A stretch of 64,000 nt of DNA. It comes from Candidatus Omnitrophota bacterium. GTDB lineage: Bacteria > Omnitrophota > Gorgyraeia > JABMQH01. Of this stretch, positions 39,570-50,216 are shown in pieces. Position 1 is the first letter of the stretch, and each line of letters starts with the position of its first letter. The position numbers and the translations under genes were made by a program. The stretch spans positions 17,806-81,805 of the forward strand of contig JAQURK010000001.1 in NCBI GenBank assembly GCA_028715645.1. The letters are read 5' to 3'. The notes beneath the pieces were generated by a model, which made no database searches, had not been told where the DNA came from, and was given only the letters and a program-made list of their open reading frames with translations.

Positions 39570-40534
39570 TCTAATTTTATCCTGGGCGTGTAATTTAACT
39601 CTCTTTTCGCCTTAGCCGAAGATAGGCATAGATCCGCTATGGGACTTTTAGCTATAAGGCGCACCATTGGTGACCACGGTATGATACGCCCGAATAAATA
39701 CATAATCCTTAATAAGGTAATTGGTATCCTAAAAGGGGCAACCTCTTTATTTAATTTTTTGGCGGCTATTTTCAGATAATCTCCCGCTGAAATATTCTCG
39801 CCCCCTAAAATATATTCCTCTCCTGCCTTGCCGTAAAGGGCTGCTGATATTATGCCGTTAACTAAATCTTCAACCGCAACATAATTAAAAATCCTGTCTG
39901 AGGGACCTATAAGATTCATTAAACCACCAGGGATACCTCCGCCTATTCTTTCCCATAAAAATCTCTGCAGGCCAAAAGATTTAACAGGCATCGAGGAAGA
40001 GAAATCCGCAGGGTCTATCACTGCGGTCGGATAGACAACCACCACCGGCAAGATAGTCTTAGCCTCCCGCACTAATCTTAGGGCCTCTATCTTTGTCTGA
40101 AGATAATAGTCATATCCGCAAAAATTTTTCTGCAGCCACTTTTCATCTCTTTCGAGTTTGCCGGTAGGTTCAAAAACCGCTGCCGTTGAAACATAGACAA
40201 ACTTCTTAACTCCTGCATTCTTGGTAATCTCTAAAATGTTTTTTGTTCCGCCTATGTTTATCTCATTAAACTTATTTAGTCTATTGTCAGCAATATTCTG
40301 ATAGACTGCCAGGTGAAAGACATATTCGCAGTCCGCCATGGCTTCTTTTATGACCACGTTATCGTTTATGCCGCCCTTTATTATTTTTACATTACCAATC
40401 TGCGGCCACAAGTTATCGCCTTTCCTGGTTAATACCTTTACGAAAAATTCTGAAGAGGAAAGTTTCTCAACCAACAAGTGTCCTATTTTCCCTGTCCCAC
40501 CCGTAACAAAAACCCTCTTATCTTCTACGGCCAT
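39560..40534 (-). CDS. NAD-dependent epimerase/dehydratase (SDR family)
   Basis: VFVTGGTGKIGHLLVEKL and catalytic YLQTK. Confidence 0.8.
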   Translation of the reverse strand: MAVEDKRVFVTGGTGKIGHLLVEKLSSSEFFVKVLTRKGDNLWPQIGNVKIIKGGINDNVVIKEAMADCEYVFHLAVYQNIADNRLNKFNEINIGGTKNILEITKNAGVKKFVYVSTAAVFEPTGKLERDEKWLQKNFCGYDYYLQTKIEALRLVREAKTILPVVVVYPTAVIDPADFSSSMPVKSFGLQRFLWERIGGGIPGGLMNLIGPSDRIFNYVAVEDLVNGIISAALYGKAGEEYILGGENISAGDYLKIAAKKLNKEVAPFRIPITLLRIMYLFGRIIPWSPMVRLIAKSPIADLCLSSAKAKRELNYTPRIKLECC

Positions 40535-41758
40535 TTATGCCCTTTGATTCTTAATAACCTTAGAAAAAATTTCATCCACCCTCTTGTCCCAGTTCCACTC
40601 GTGGGCCCATTCAATCGCGTCCTTGCGTACCTTATCAAATAAATCTTTATTCGATAGGAGGTTCAAAATATTCTTTGCGAATAATTCAAAATTAAAGCAG
40701 GGCGTTTTTATCATCCCTTTTGGATAATATGTCTTCAAAGACTCTAAATTAAAACTGACTGCTGGCAAACCGCAGGCCATAGCTTCACAGGACGCCATTC
40801 CTCCGGAATCGTACGTAGCCGGATGGACTACGATTTTTGCGGATTTCAATAGCTCAATTTTTTCAACCCCATCTACATAGCCATGCATGGATACGCTATT
40901 CTGAAACCCGAGTGCAGTTATTTTATCCTCTATATCTTTTTGCAACGATCCATAGCCTATGATCAAAAGTTTCGCCTCTTTTTTACCGGCCAATACAATC
41001 CTCCATATATCTAATAATCCTAGAACACCCTTCTGCGGATGAAACCTGCCTATGAAAACTGCGTCATATTTTTTAATGGCTGGCTCTGGCACCGAATCGG
41101 ATAGGGTGCAATCAACACCTCCGCGGATAACTATAATTTTGTTTTCGCCACGTTTTTCTGTAATAAATCTATCTACATCTGGCTGGCTCGTAACGAAAAC
41201 AGTATCAGCAAATATTTTTACCAGTAAATAAACCGGATACTGCGATATATAAAATATAAGCCCCCTTAGAAAATTCTTTCCCTTGTAGGGGTTGTTTTTG
41301 TCAAACGGATTTGGCGCGGAAAGATAAAAACCTGCGATCCATCTGGACCTAGGATACAATCTGTTCATAAGCCAGCCGGGAATTGCATCCGGCCAGAAAT
41401 CAGAGGTCGAATAAACTATTGCCCCGCTTGCTTCAGCTCCTTTGCCCTGTAATTTTAAACTTAGCACATTCAGAGCACCTTTTATGGTCAATACTGTATA
41501 AAATACGGCCAGACCAAGTTTTTTATATTTGCCGCCCTTTAAAATAAAATAATTGGCCTTATCCAGCCCATTCCTGATACAGGTGGTATATCCCTGCTCC
41601 GTAACAAATATATTTATGCCTACACCTTCCAGCCTCAGCCATCTGCGCGCGATTTCAATAAATATCCTTGTACCACCGCACATACCCTCATCGCCCATGG
41701 TATAAGCGATCATACTTATGATGATCTTATTATTTGGCATTATTCTTCCTGTAATCAA
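40535..41758 (-). CDS. Glycosyltransferase family 4 (GT-B)
   Basis: C-terminal VHPATYDSGGMASCEAMACGLPAVS EX7E-type motif. Confidence 0.8.
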   Translation of the reverse strand: MITGRIMPNNKIIISMIAYTMGDEGMCGGTRIFIEIARRWLRLEGVGINIFVTEQGYTTCIRNGLDKANYFILKGGKYKKLGLAVFYTVLTIKGALNVLSLKLQGKGAEASGAIVYSTSDFWPDAIPGWLMNRLYPRSRWIAGFYLSAPNPFDKNNPYKGKNFLRGLIFYISQYPVYLLVKIFADTVFVTSQPDVDRFITEKRGENKIIVIRGGVDCTLSDSVPEPAIKKYDAVFIGRFHPQKGVLGLLDIWRIVLAGKKEAKLLIIGYGSLQKDIEDKITALGFQNSVSMHGYVDGVEKIELLKSAKIVVHPATYDSGGMASCEAMACGLPAVSFNLESLKTYYPKGMIKTPCFNFELFAKNILNLLSNKDLFDKVRKDAIEWAHEWNWDKRVDEIFSKVIKNQRA

Positions 41759-42761
41759 TTATTTTCTGTACGATACAATTCTCATCCAACAAATCCATAC
41801 AGTTAGGTTTTTTATCACAAATTACTTTCTTCATGCAGCACAAGCAGTCCATGTGGAGAGAAACTGCCTCGCCCTTTGAATAGAATTCAATTTCCTGCGG
41901 TGGCGTAGGCCCGAAAAACGCTATCGTATACTTTCCCAAGTATATACTTATATGCATCGCAAGTGTATCTGCAGAAACAACTACATCGCATATATTTATC
42001 AGCGAAGAGAATCTGCGCAGGGAACTATGATAGCCGGAATCAATAAGTTTCCTGTCCGCCTGTTGCCTTATTATCCTGTTCCGCTCGCATTCCTTCTCCC
42101 CACCAAACAGCACGACCTTGAATTTTTCTTTTATCAGTTTATCAATAAGCTTGACTGTCTTATCCAGCGGCATCTCTTTGAGGGGCCAGCGCCTGCCTGC
42201 GCTTGTATTGATACCCACCACGATATCTTTATCTAGATCAATCCTGTATTGTCTTGCAAAATCCAGCCCGTCTTTTTCTTCCTGTTTCGTAAGCTTCAGC
42301 ATGGGTTTATATTTTGAACTATAGGGGATATCTATAATATCGCACATGATCTTCTGGTAGCTGAACTGATTTTTTTTCTTCAACAGATCACGATCTTCTC
42401 CTCCCAACAGGCTCATGGCCATCCAATAACCAGTCCTTTCGGTTCCTAGTATTTTACCATCCTTAAGATAATACCCGAACCTTTTCCCTTTTAAATCGCT
42501 CGCAAGCTGGCATGCATCCCAGTCCTCATCCAGGTTAATAATTAAATCATATTCGGATTTTTTAAATTCTTCTGTCAGTTCCGACTCAACATATATCTTG
42601 TCTATCAGCGGATGGTTCTCCAAGATAGGCTTGGACAAATCGGTGGTTATCCAGTAAATCTTTGCATCCAGATATTTTTCCTTAAGGGCCGGCAGTATGG
42701 CCGTTGTTCTTAAGACATCCCCTATTGCGGCGTATTTGATGACTACTATTTTTTTACTCAT
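41730..42761 (-). CDS. GT9 heptosyltransferase-family glycosyltransferase (third copy)
   Basis: MSKKIVVIKYAAIGDVLRTTAILPAL N-terminal GT9 motif. Confidence 0.75.
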   Translation of the reverse strand: MSKKIVVIKYAAIGDVLRTTAILPALKEKYLDAKIYWITTDLSKPILENHPLIDKIYVESELTEEFKKSEYDLIINLDEDWDACQLASDLKGKRFGYYLKDGKILGTERTGYWMAMSLLGGEDRDLLKKKNQFSYQKIMCDIIDIPYSSKYKPMLKLTKQEEKDGLDFARQYRIDLDKDIVVGINTSAGRRWPLKEMPLDKTVKLIDKLIKEKFKVVLFGGEKECERNRIIRQQADRKLIDSGYHSSLRRFSSLINICDVVVSADTLAMHISIYLGKYTIAFFGPTPPQEIEFYSKGEAVSLHMDCLCCMKKVICDKKPNCMDLLDENCIVQKIIDYRKNNAK

Positions 42762-44142
42762 AGCTAAGCTTGATACCGTAAAGCAAAAAATCCGATGTCC
42801 TCCTTAATTTCCGGTATATCCTTCCCAACATTCGCTTCACAAAAGCCGTTCTAGGCAAGTTTATAACAAACCTAAAAATACCAAGGTAGTAAAGAACCGG
42901 AAATTTTACAATAAGGGCAAATACCTTCTGGAGATTCTCGATTTTCTTTTTATATGATTTGGAAAATTTTAAAACTGTAGAATTAAAGAAATTATTGTCA
43001 ATGACCTCATAGTTGCCATCGAAAAATCCTTTTTGTATTGCATAATCGGCAAGCGGGGTCCCCGGATATGGCTGATATATGGATACCCATGCATACGTAG
43101 GCTTGCACCTTATATTAAGCTTGAGTGTGGCCAGATCCGATTTAAAATTACCGCCGGGCAGACCCAGCATATTCTGCATCATTGTTTTGATATTGCTTTT
43201 CCTGAAAAGGTCCATGGCATTTACTATCTCATCATACTTCATGTTTCTCTGCAAAACCTCATTCCTGAGATAGTCATCCCCAGATTCCGCTGCTATGTGA
43301 ACACTTATACAATTCGCGTCTTTAAGCATCTGGACTTTTTCGGCATCTACCTTATTTGCCCTCACATGGCAATGCAAGGGCAAATTAACCCCTTTTTTGT
43401 ACTTTTCTGAAAATTCAGCCAACCAGTTTTTATTCAGCGTAAATGTATCATCCTGAAAATACACTATTTTCGTGGGAGAACTGTTCACTACCATCTCGAT
43501 TTCTTTTATTACATTATCAACAGATCTGTACCGTACGCGGTTGCCCAGATTTTTGTAAAGCTCGAAATATTTCTCATTAAAACAGTAGCTGCACTTAAAT
43601 GGGCAACCCCTGGTTGCCATAAAGTGTTTTATAGGGCCCTGTTTTATAAAATCATATTTAAAAAATATGTCCCTGTCCGGAAACGGAAGATTGTCAAGAT
43701 TGTCAAGTAGCGGCGCCAGGGAATTATGCGATATCCTGGAAGCTTGCTTGTATGAAAGATTAGGAACTTCTTTAATCGAAATTTCATTCTTTAAAAATTT
43801 TATGAACTTAACGACTGCCACCTCTCCTTCGCCACGTATGACATAATCAACATCTTTATCATTAATTACCTCTGGAAAAAATGTCGGGTGAGGACCGCCC
43901 ATTACTGAAATAAATTTATGGATATTTTTAAGTTCCGAATTTATTTTTAAAAAATTCTTTTGTGACCCGGTAATAACACTATAGCCGATAATATCCGGTT
44001 TAAAAGACAAGGTTTTTCCGCGGTAATCCTCCCCCGCTTTAACCAGATCAAGTTCAAGGCCTTCTTTCTTTAAGATAGAGGAAATATACATTATCCCTAG
44101 CTGCTCCATAAAAAAATTATTTGTAATAAAAAGGAATCTCAT
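42754..44142 (-). CDS. B12-binding radical SAM enzyme
   Basis: N-terminal cobalamin-binding-like domain and ATRGCPFKCSYCFN (CxxxCxxC). Confidence 0.85.
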   Translation of the reverse strand: MRFLFITNNFFMEQLGIMYISSILKKEGLELDLVKAGEDYRGKTLSFKPDIIGYSVITGSQKNFLKINSELKNIHKFISVMGGPHPTFFPEVINDKDVDYVIRGEGEVAVVKFIKFLKNEISIKEVPNLSYKQASRISHNSLAPLLDNLDNLPFPDRDIFFKYDFIKQGPIKHFMATRGCPFKCSYCFNEKYFELYKNLGNRVRYRSVDNVIKEIEMVVNSSPTKIVYFQDDTFTLNKNWLAEFSEKYKKGVNLPLHCHVRANKVDAEKVQMLKDANCISVHIAAESGDDYLRNEVLQRNMKYDEIVNAMDLFRKSNIKTMMQNMLGLPGGNFKSDLATLKLNIRCKPTYAWVSIYQPYPGTPLADYAIQKGFFDGNYEVIDNNFFNSTVLKFSKSYKKKIENLQKVFALIVKFPVLYYLGIFRFVINLPRTAFVKRMLGRIYRKLRRTSDFLLYGIKLSYE

Positions 44143-45302
44143 TTCTTATTCTCTTCTATAGCTTTCAGCAATCTCCCGACATGATTTTTTATATCTATAG
44201 TTTTAATATCCAGCCATGCCTGCTTTCCCATTTCGTACGCCCTGTCGGGAGTATTTATAAGCAGTCTGATATAATGAAGATATTGTTCTAAATTATCCTG
44301 CGGCGGATAAAATCCATCTCGTTCGTGAATCAAAAAATCAGATATTCCGCAACCCTGTGGAGCTATAAAAGTAACTCCGTTGCAAGCCGCCTCATATAAT
44401 GTAGAACCCCAAGCCTCTATCAGCGGATGAATTAAAAAAAAGGCCTCGTCAAAAAACTTTTGTATGCCGCCTTCATCTAGATCGGTAAGAAAAACTATGC
44501 GTTCACCTAGGCCTTCTTTGGAAATAGACTTTTTTACTTCCGTAAGGTATTCCGCGGGGTGCCACTGCCCCGCTACATAAAGCTTGTGCTCAACAGGTAA
44601 TTTTTTTATTATCCTTATCAGGAACTCAAAGTTTTTTGAGAAATCCCATTTTGTAAATGCTGATAATCTATTACCCCTTTGGGAAGGTATTGCATCCCGG
44701 CGCTTATATGTGGCGGGAGGAATAATGTAAACCTTCTTGCCACTTATTTTTTCCAGATAATCAGCCTCGAATCTAGATTGTTTACATACGGCTATGGCAT
44801 TTTTTAGTATAAGTCTGTCGGTGAATTTAGACAACACAAAAACTGGATAGAAAAAAAACCTCAGGGCCTTTTTGTTCAGGTATACCTTTTTAATTATATA
44901 CGAAATCGAATCGTGCACATAAGCAACATAGGGGATTTTCTTAACTTTGGACAACGAATATGCGGAAAAACAGGTATAACCAAGATGGCTTATGATACAA
45001 CTGTACCTATTTCGCTTTATCATTAAGGGAAGAAAGATTATATACAAAATATGGAAAAGGGAGAAAAATGAAAAAAGTGGTATTTTGGCATTTATGCGCA
45101 GACAGCGAGGTAATTCGTTCCATAATACCCTGACCTTTATGCCTGCCAGCATATCGCTATACAGGCCCTGGCTGTTATCATAAAGCACTAACAGCTCGGC
45201 GGTTGTGCCCATTATCTGCATCTGACGCACTTCTTCTATAGCCAGCTTGCTGGTGCCACCCTTGGCTATCTGATCTATCAATACCCCTATCTTCCCGTAC
45301 AT
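44139..45302 (-). CDS. Glycosyltransferase family 4
   Basis: C-terminal HPLIEAWGSTLYEAACNGVTFIAP. Confidence 0.7.
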   Translation of the reverse strand: MYGKIGVLIDQIAKGGTSKLAIEEVRQMQIMGTTAELLVLYDNSQGLYSDMLAGIKVRVLWNELPRCLRINAKIPLFSFFSLFHILYIIFLPLMIKRNRYSCIISHLGYTCFSAYSLSKVKKIPYVAYVHDSISYIIKKVYLNKKALRFFFYPVFVLSKFTDRLILKNAIAVCKQSRFEADYLEKISGKKVYIIPPATYKRRDAIPSQRGNRLSAFTKWDFSKNFEFLIRIIKKLPVEHKLYVAGQWHPAEYLTEVKKSISKEGLGERIVFLTDLDEGGIQKFFDEAFFLIHPLIEAWGSTLYEAACNGVTFIAPQGCGISDFLIHERDGFYPPQDNLEQYLHYIRLLINTPDRAYEMGKQAWLDIKTIDIKNHVGRLLKAIEENKK

Positions 45303-45335
45303 AGGTTATGATTATATCATGGAAAATATACTAGA

Positions 45336-46364
45336 TTACCATTTTTTCCTGCTCAAGGGTCTTGAAATAAAAAGACTCTCCACGCTTGAAGCGGCATATA
45401 TAAATAAGGTTATAACGCATGCGGGGATATGAAAAAACCAAGCTGCGTCCCTCTTCTTGGCATAGCTCCTTATGGCCTGCAAAACCAGGGGAAATACTAA
45501 AATGCTGTAGAACGTAAACTTTATCGCGCCAGCAACGCGCATGCCGCCCCATTTGTACCTTCGCAGCCCAAGTTTCTTATAATATTGGTAGTCCCTTACG
45601 CGGCGCGTCTGCTTGTGTATAAACCTGGAGAGGCCACCCGCGAATATGTGAATGATACCGACTTTGACCTTCGCGACCTTCAGTTTATAACCCATGGACG
45701 AGAGCTCATAAAGCAGGTCGATGTCAAATAGATAATTTTCCATCTTACATTTGTCTAAAACATTTTTACGTATAAAAAAACCGTTGGCGCCAATGGTGGG
45801 CATATGTTTGCCGTTTAACTCAATCTTCAGATAATCGCCCTTGTCTTCTTCTTTGCGCGGCATGTCTGTCCATCGTCCGGTCAGGGTGCTGCGCCTGTCA
45901 TAATTGCCCAAAAAGAGGCATAGGGGGTCATTCATACCCAGGAGGGCGCTGTAGCGCGTAACATAGCCGTCGCTTTTCCTGTAGGTATATTCAAGCGGTT
46001 CGCTCGCTATAATCTCCCCATCGGAGAAAGGCTCAACCATCCTTCGCATCCAGCCTTGAGAGGGCAAAATGTTATCGCTGTCAATGAATGCGATTATTTC
46101 TCCTGAGGAGGCCTTCGTGCAAACCGCCTTCCCTGCCTCCCCCGTCCTTAACGGATTATCCAGGATTTTCAAACTAACACCGCTGTTATAGTCGGCGGAT
46201 ATTGATTTAATTATTTCTATTGTTCTGTCTATTGAGCCGCCGTCCGCGATAACGATCTCAATTTTATCTTTTGGGTAATCCTGCAAAAAAATGCTTTCAA
46301 GACACCGCCCTATGGTATTTTCGGCATTCAGGGTTGGTATATCGACAGAGACCGCGGGAAACAT
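45336..46364 (-). CDS. GT2 glycosyltransferase with C-terminal TM segments
   Basis: VSVDIPTLNAENTI...IADGGSIDRT, DSD motif. Confidence 0.75.
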   Translation of the reverse strand: MFPAVSVDIPTLNAENTIGRCLESIFLQDYPKDKIEIVIADGGSIDRTIEIIKSISADYNSGVSLKILDNPLRTGEAGKAVCTKASSGEIIAFIDSDNILPSQGWMRRMVEPFSDGEIIASEPLEYTYRKSDGYVTRYSALLGMNDPLCLFLGNYDRRSTLTGRWTDMPRKEEDKGDYLKIELNGKHMPTIGANGFFIRKNVLDKCKMENYLFDIDLLYELSSMGYKLKVAKVKVGIIHIFAGGLSRFIHKQTRRVRDYQYYKKLGLRRYKWGGMRVAGAIKFTFYSILVFPLVLQAIRSYAKKRDAAWFFHIPACVITLFIYAASSVESLFISRPLSRKKW

Positions 46365-46366
46365 GA

Positions 46367-47359
46367 TTACCTCTTGATTTTTGTATGCATTTTTTTAACC
46401 CTGTCCAGGTCTGACTCAACCATCATTTTGACAAGGCCTTCAAATGTTACCGTCGGGCCCCAATCCAGTCTTTTCCTGGCTTTACCGGAATCCCCCTTTA
46501 GCACATTGATTTCTGAAGGCCGATAAAGCATCTTATCAATAATGGTATATTTTTTCCAGTTGAGACCTGCATAATCAAATGCCAATTCCGCAAATTCTTT
46601 TACAGAATGGGCCTTCCCCGTGGCAATTACGTAATCTTCGGGCCTGTCCTGTTGAAGCATAAGCCACATCGCCCTTACATAATCCCCTGCAAACCCCCAA
46701 TCTCTTTTGGCATTCAAGTTCCCCAGGTGTAATCTGTTTGAGACACCAAGCTTAATTTCGGCGACGGCATTTGAAATCTTTCGGCTTACAAATTCAAAAC
46801 CGCGGCGAGGGCTTTCATGATTAAACAGAATTCCGGAAAGGGCAAAAAGATCATACGCCTCGCGATAATTCTGGGTCAGGTAAAATCCGGCAACCTTTGA
46901 AATCCCATAGGGTGAACGCGGATGAAATGCCGTAGTCTCATTTTGAGGCGTTTCTTTGGCCTGGCCGAACATTTCACTCGATGCCGCAAAATAAAATTTA
47001 CATTTTGGCGCCCGCTCCTTGATTGCGGACAAAACAAAATGCGTCCCGTTGATGTTTGTATTTAGCGTTGAAAACTCATCCTCAAAGGAATAACTGACAA
47101 AACTCTGAGCAGCCAGATGGTAACATTCATCCGGCTTCACCTTCTCTACTATCTTGAACATGCTTGCATAACTTTCTAAAGAACCCGGATGAATAACAAT
47201 TTTATCCAGAATGTGATTTATCCTCCAGAGATGATATCCCGGATCTTCAATGGCTACCCTCCTGACTATCCCATGAACCTTATAGCCCTTTCTCAAAAGA
47301 AACTCCGCCAGATATGAACCATCCTGTCCATCTATTCCGGTAATCAGCGCCTTTTTCAT
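46367..47359 (-). CDS. gmd: GDP-mannose 4,6-dehydratase family
   Basis: ALITGIDGQDGSYLAEFLLRKGYKVHGI matches the GMD N-terminal signature. YGISKVAG...ILFNHESPRRG. Confidence 0.8.
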   Translation of the reverse strand: MKKALITGIDGQDGSYLAEFLLRKGYKVHGIVRRVAIEDPGYHLWRINHILDKIVIHPGSLESYASMFKIVEKVKPDECYHLAAQSFVSYSFEDEFSTLNTNINGTHFVLSAIKERAPKCKFYFAASSEMFGQAKETPQNETTAFHPRSPYGISKVAGFYLTQNYREAYDLFALSGILFNHESPRRGFEFVSRKISNAVAEIKLGVSNRLHLGNLNAKRDWGFAGDYVRAMWLMLQQDRPEDYVIATGKAHSVKEFAELAFDYAGLNWKKYTIIDKMLYRPSEINVLKGDSGKARKRLDWGPTVTFEGLVKMMVESDLDRVKKMHTKIKR

Positions 47360-48855
47360 AACTCACTCCTTTTTTTAAAATCAGAAATATGGCCCATCAC
47401 CTTCATTCCCGACCTCCCAAAATAACTTAACTCGGAGAGGTCCCTAAGTTTTATAAACCGATTAAATAAAAATTGCGGGTTAAGCGCTACCTTGTAAATA
47501 TCCCGCACAAGATCCAGGACCTCTTTATCATTCATGGATACCTTCATTACCGGCTCCTTCATGCCGTACCTGTCCCAATCTTCGGTTTTTAACCATCCGT
47601 TTTTTTTGCATTCCTCAAATAGAGGAGAATGAGGATAAGGGATAACGACCGTAGCCTGCACCGTATAGGCATAGCCTTTCTTTAAAAGATACGCTCCCAA
47701 TTTTAGTCTTTCTTTCGCATCCTCATAGGTTTCCCACGGATAACCAAACATAATGGTGATATGCGGGTATAACCCTGCTGCCCTTGCCGCCTTGCAATCA
47801 TTAACGATGTTTTCTACCTTTAAATTTTTTTTCAACCTATCCAGGGTCTTTTGGTTTGCGGATTCCATACCAAAAAGCAGCAATCTAAAATTCGCCTTTT
47901 TCATTAATTTAAAATCTTCTTTTTTAAGGCTGCCAAACCGCATGTTGCAGTCAAAATAAACTTTTTTATTATATCCTCCGGCGATCATCCCTTTACAGAA
48001 ATCATTAAGCCAGCCTCCGATGGGAAAAGTACCCGTATCATCCATTATTTCGCGGATTTTATTATTTTTTACAAGCGCGCCGATTTCATACAGAACATTT
48101 TCAACCTTGCGAACTCTAAATTGCGGATACAAGGTAGGCCAGCTGCAAAAAGTGCATTTGCCCCACCAGCAGTCACGGCCCGACATTATGTAGGTACCCG
48201 GCGTGCGCTTGTAGTTCCCGTTTGTGTAGGCGTAGTGTTTCCATTCGGTGAGCTCACGGTCAACAAAAGGCAGGGAATTTAGGTCGTGGTTGAGCTGGAA
48301 TTTGCCCGTGTTCCGTATGTGGCCATTCGAACGGTACCAAATCCCGGGTTCCAGATTAGTAATCGGTAATTGGTAATCGGTAATTGGTAATTTACTAAGA
48401 GTCTTGCATAAATTTAATAATAAGAAATCATAATCACCGCCGGTGAGCACAAAATCTACTTTGGAGTTCGCAAATGATTCCTCGGGTAACGCGGTGACAT
48501 GGTCGCCGAATAAAATGGTCAATGGTCTATAGTCAATGGCCGATAGTCCGTTAATGTCATTTATTATTTTCCAATGCTGTTTCACGACCGGGGTCTTGGT
48601 CTCAAAGGCGATGAGGCCTGGCTTCTGGTCTTTTATGAAATTTAAAAATCTTTCATAGTCCCATCTTTGAGCAATGCTGTCATTCCATATAACATCAAAA
48701 CCTGCATTTTTCAGCATCGTTGCGGCATACGCGGGGACTATGGGGTATATATAGGTGGGGCTTTTAAACCATTGAAATTGTCTGTTTTGAGACAAAAGCG
48801 GCGTTCCCGCGCCTTTTAATGGCGGATATGAAATTATAACCTTAAATTTTTTCAT
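47356..48855 (-). CDS. B12-binding-like / radical SAM-like enzyme with non-canonical Cys motif
   Basis: N-terminal B12-binding-like fold. The Cys cluster is CWWGKCTFC (C-x4-C-x2-C). Contains an in-frame 14-bp x2 DNA repeat (LPITDYQLPITN). Confidence 0.6.
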   Translation of the reverse strand: MKKFKVIISYPPLKGAGTPLLSQNRQFQWFKSPTYIYPIVPAYAATMLKNAGFDVIWNDSIAQRWDYERFLNFIKDQKPGLIAFETKTPVVKQHWKIINDINGLSAIDYRPLTILFGDHVTALPEESFANSKVDFVLTGGDYDFLLLNLCKTLSKLPITDYQLPITNLEPGIWYRSNGHIRNTGKFQLNHDLNSLPFVDRELTEWKHYAYTNGNYKRTPGTYIMSGRDCWWGKCTFCSWPTLYPQFRVRKVENVLYEIGALVKNNKIREIMDDTGTFPIGGWLNDFCKGMIAGGYNKKVYFDCNMRFGSLKKEDFKLMKKANFRLLLFGMESANQKTLDRLKKNLKVENIVNDCKAARAAGLYPHITIMFGYPWETYEDAKERLKLGAYLLKKGYAYTVQATVVIPYPHSPLFEECKKNGWLKTEDWDRYGMKEPVMKVSMNDKEVLDLVRDIYKVALNPQFLFNRFIKLRDLSELSYFGRSGMKVMGHISDFKKRSEL

Positions 48856-50216
48856 CTCTTGAGTTTTGTCATAAAGGAGTCGAAAACATTACTTATAAAA
48901 AGGCGCTCATCCTTCGTTATGCCGGGATAAACGCCTATCCAAAACAGATTATTCATAACCATGTCGGAGTTCTTCAAAGAACCAAAAATTTTGTACTTAA
49001 CATCCCGATAGGCCGGCTGTCTTGTGAGGTTTCCGCCGAACAACATACGGGTGGCAATCTTGTTTTTTCCCAGGTAGTTTACAATTTCATTCCGCGTAAA
49101 CGGGACATCACCCCTAACCAAAATCGGAAAGCCGAACCATGATGGTTTTGAATGTTTCGCGGGGCGCGGTAAAATAAAGTATCTTTCATATTTCACCAGC
49201 GCCTTTTGAAAGAATTGAAAATTTTCCTGTCTCTTTCTAATGAATCCGCGCAGTTTTTCGAGCTGTGCGCATCCGATAGCAGCCTGCATATCCGTAATTT
49301 TCAAATTATACCCAATATGAGAATACACATATTTATGGTCGTATCCGTAAGGGAGTTTGCCCAATTTTTGCGAAAACCGCTTACCACAGGTATTGTCATG
49401 GCCCGGTTCGCACCAGCAAAACCTGCCCCAGTCTCTTAGTGACAACAATGCCTTTTGCAGGTCAGGATCGCGCGTCAAGACCGCTCCCCCCTCACCCATT
49501 GTTATATGGTGGGCAGGGTAAAAACTGCAGGTTGAGATATCTCCAAAGGTCCCCGTATACCTTTCCTTGTATTTTGAACCCAGGCCGTCGCAGTTATCCT
49601 CAATAAACCAAAGGTTATGCCTTTTTGCAACCTGTAAAATCCTTTCAATGTCCATGGGATTGCCAAGGGTATGGGGAACAAAAATTGCCCTGGTTTTTTT
49701 AGTCACAGCCCTTTCTATTTTTTCCGCTTGAATATTATATGTCCCTAGCTCTACATCAATGAATACTGGGATTAACCTGTTTTGTATAATAGGATTGAGC
49801 GTCGTAGGAAAGCCGCAGGCAGTAGTAATCACCTCATCCCCCGGCCTTAATCGTCTTTCCTTTAATAAAGGCGAGGTTAGCGCTGACACTGCCAGAAGAT
49901 TTGCTGATGAGCCTGAATTAGTTAAAAGGCAGTATTTGACCCCCAGAAATTCGGCGAATTTATTCTCAAACTCTTTGGCATATCTACCCGAAGTAAGCCA
50001 AAAATCAAGCGATGAATCAACCAGATTAATCAATTCAGCGGAGTCGTAGACCCTTGTTGCATAGGGAATTGCGGTCTTGCCCGGGATGAATTCTTTATCT
50101 ACACCTTTGGCCTTATGGAACTTTCTGATTAATTTAAATATTTCTTTTTTGATATTGTTTTCCGATGTCATAACTGTTACCACCCGGGTTCTTCCAATAA
50201 ATTGCAAGTCTTGCAA
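48852..50216 (-). CDS. ddhC: CDP-6-deoxy-D-xylo-4-hexulose 3-dehydrase (E1), DegT/DnrJ family
   Basis: DegT-family fold with His replacing the PLP-lysine (FYPAHHITMGEGG), plus FCWCEPGHDNTC (C-x-C-x7-C), the diagnostic E1 [2Fe-2S] motif. Confidence 0.85.
   Translation of the reverse strand: MQDLQFIGRTRVVTVMTSENNIKKEIFKLIRKFHKAKGVDKEFIPGKTAIPYATRVYDSAELINLVDSSLDFWLTSGRYAKEFENKFAEFLGVKYCLLTNSGSSANLLAVSALTSPLLKERRLRPGDEVITTACGFPTTLNPIIQNRLIPVFIDVELGTYNIQAEKIERAVTKKTRAIFVPHTLGNPMDIERILQVAKRHNLWFIEDNCDGLGSKYKERYTGTFGDISTCSFYPAHHITMGEGGAVLTRDPDLQKALLSLRDWGRFCWCEPGHDNTCGKRFSQKLGKLPYGYDHKYVYSHIGYNLKITDMQAAIGCAQLEKLRGFIRKRQENFQFFQKALVKYERYFILPRPAKHSKPSWFGFPILVRGDVPFTRNEIVNYLGKNKIATRMLFGGNLTRQPAYRDVKYKIFGSLKNSDMVMNNLFWIGVYPGITKDERLFISNVFDSFMTKLKR

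Noticed and set aside
45331-45552. 73-aa minus-strand ORF
   Set aside because: It overlaps the 3' end of the GT2 gene (45336-46364) in another frame and has no support.
48349-48392. 14-bp x2 tandem repeat (TAATCGGTAATTGG) inside the B12-rSAM-like gene
   Set aside because: It is in-frame and simply encodes a duplicated LPITDYQ/LPITN peptide. It is probably a trivial slippage duplication, not a regulatory element.
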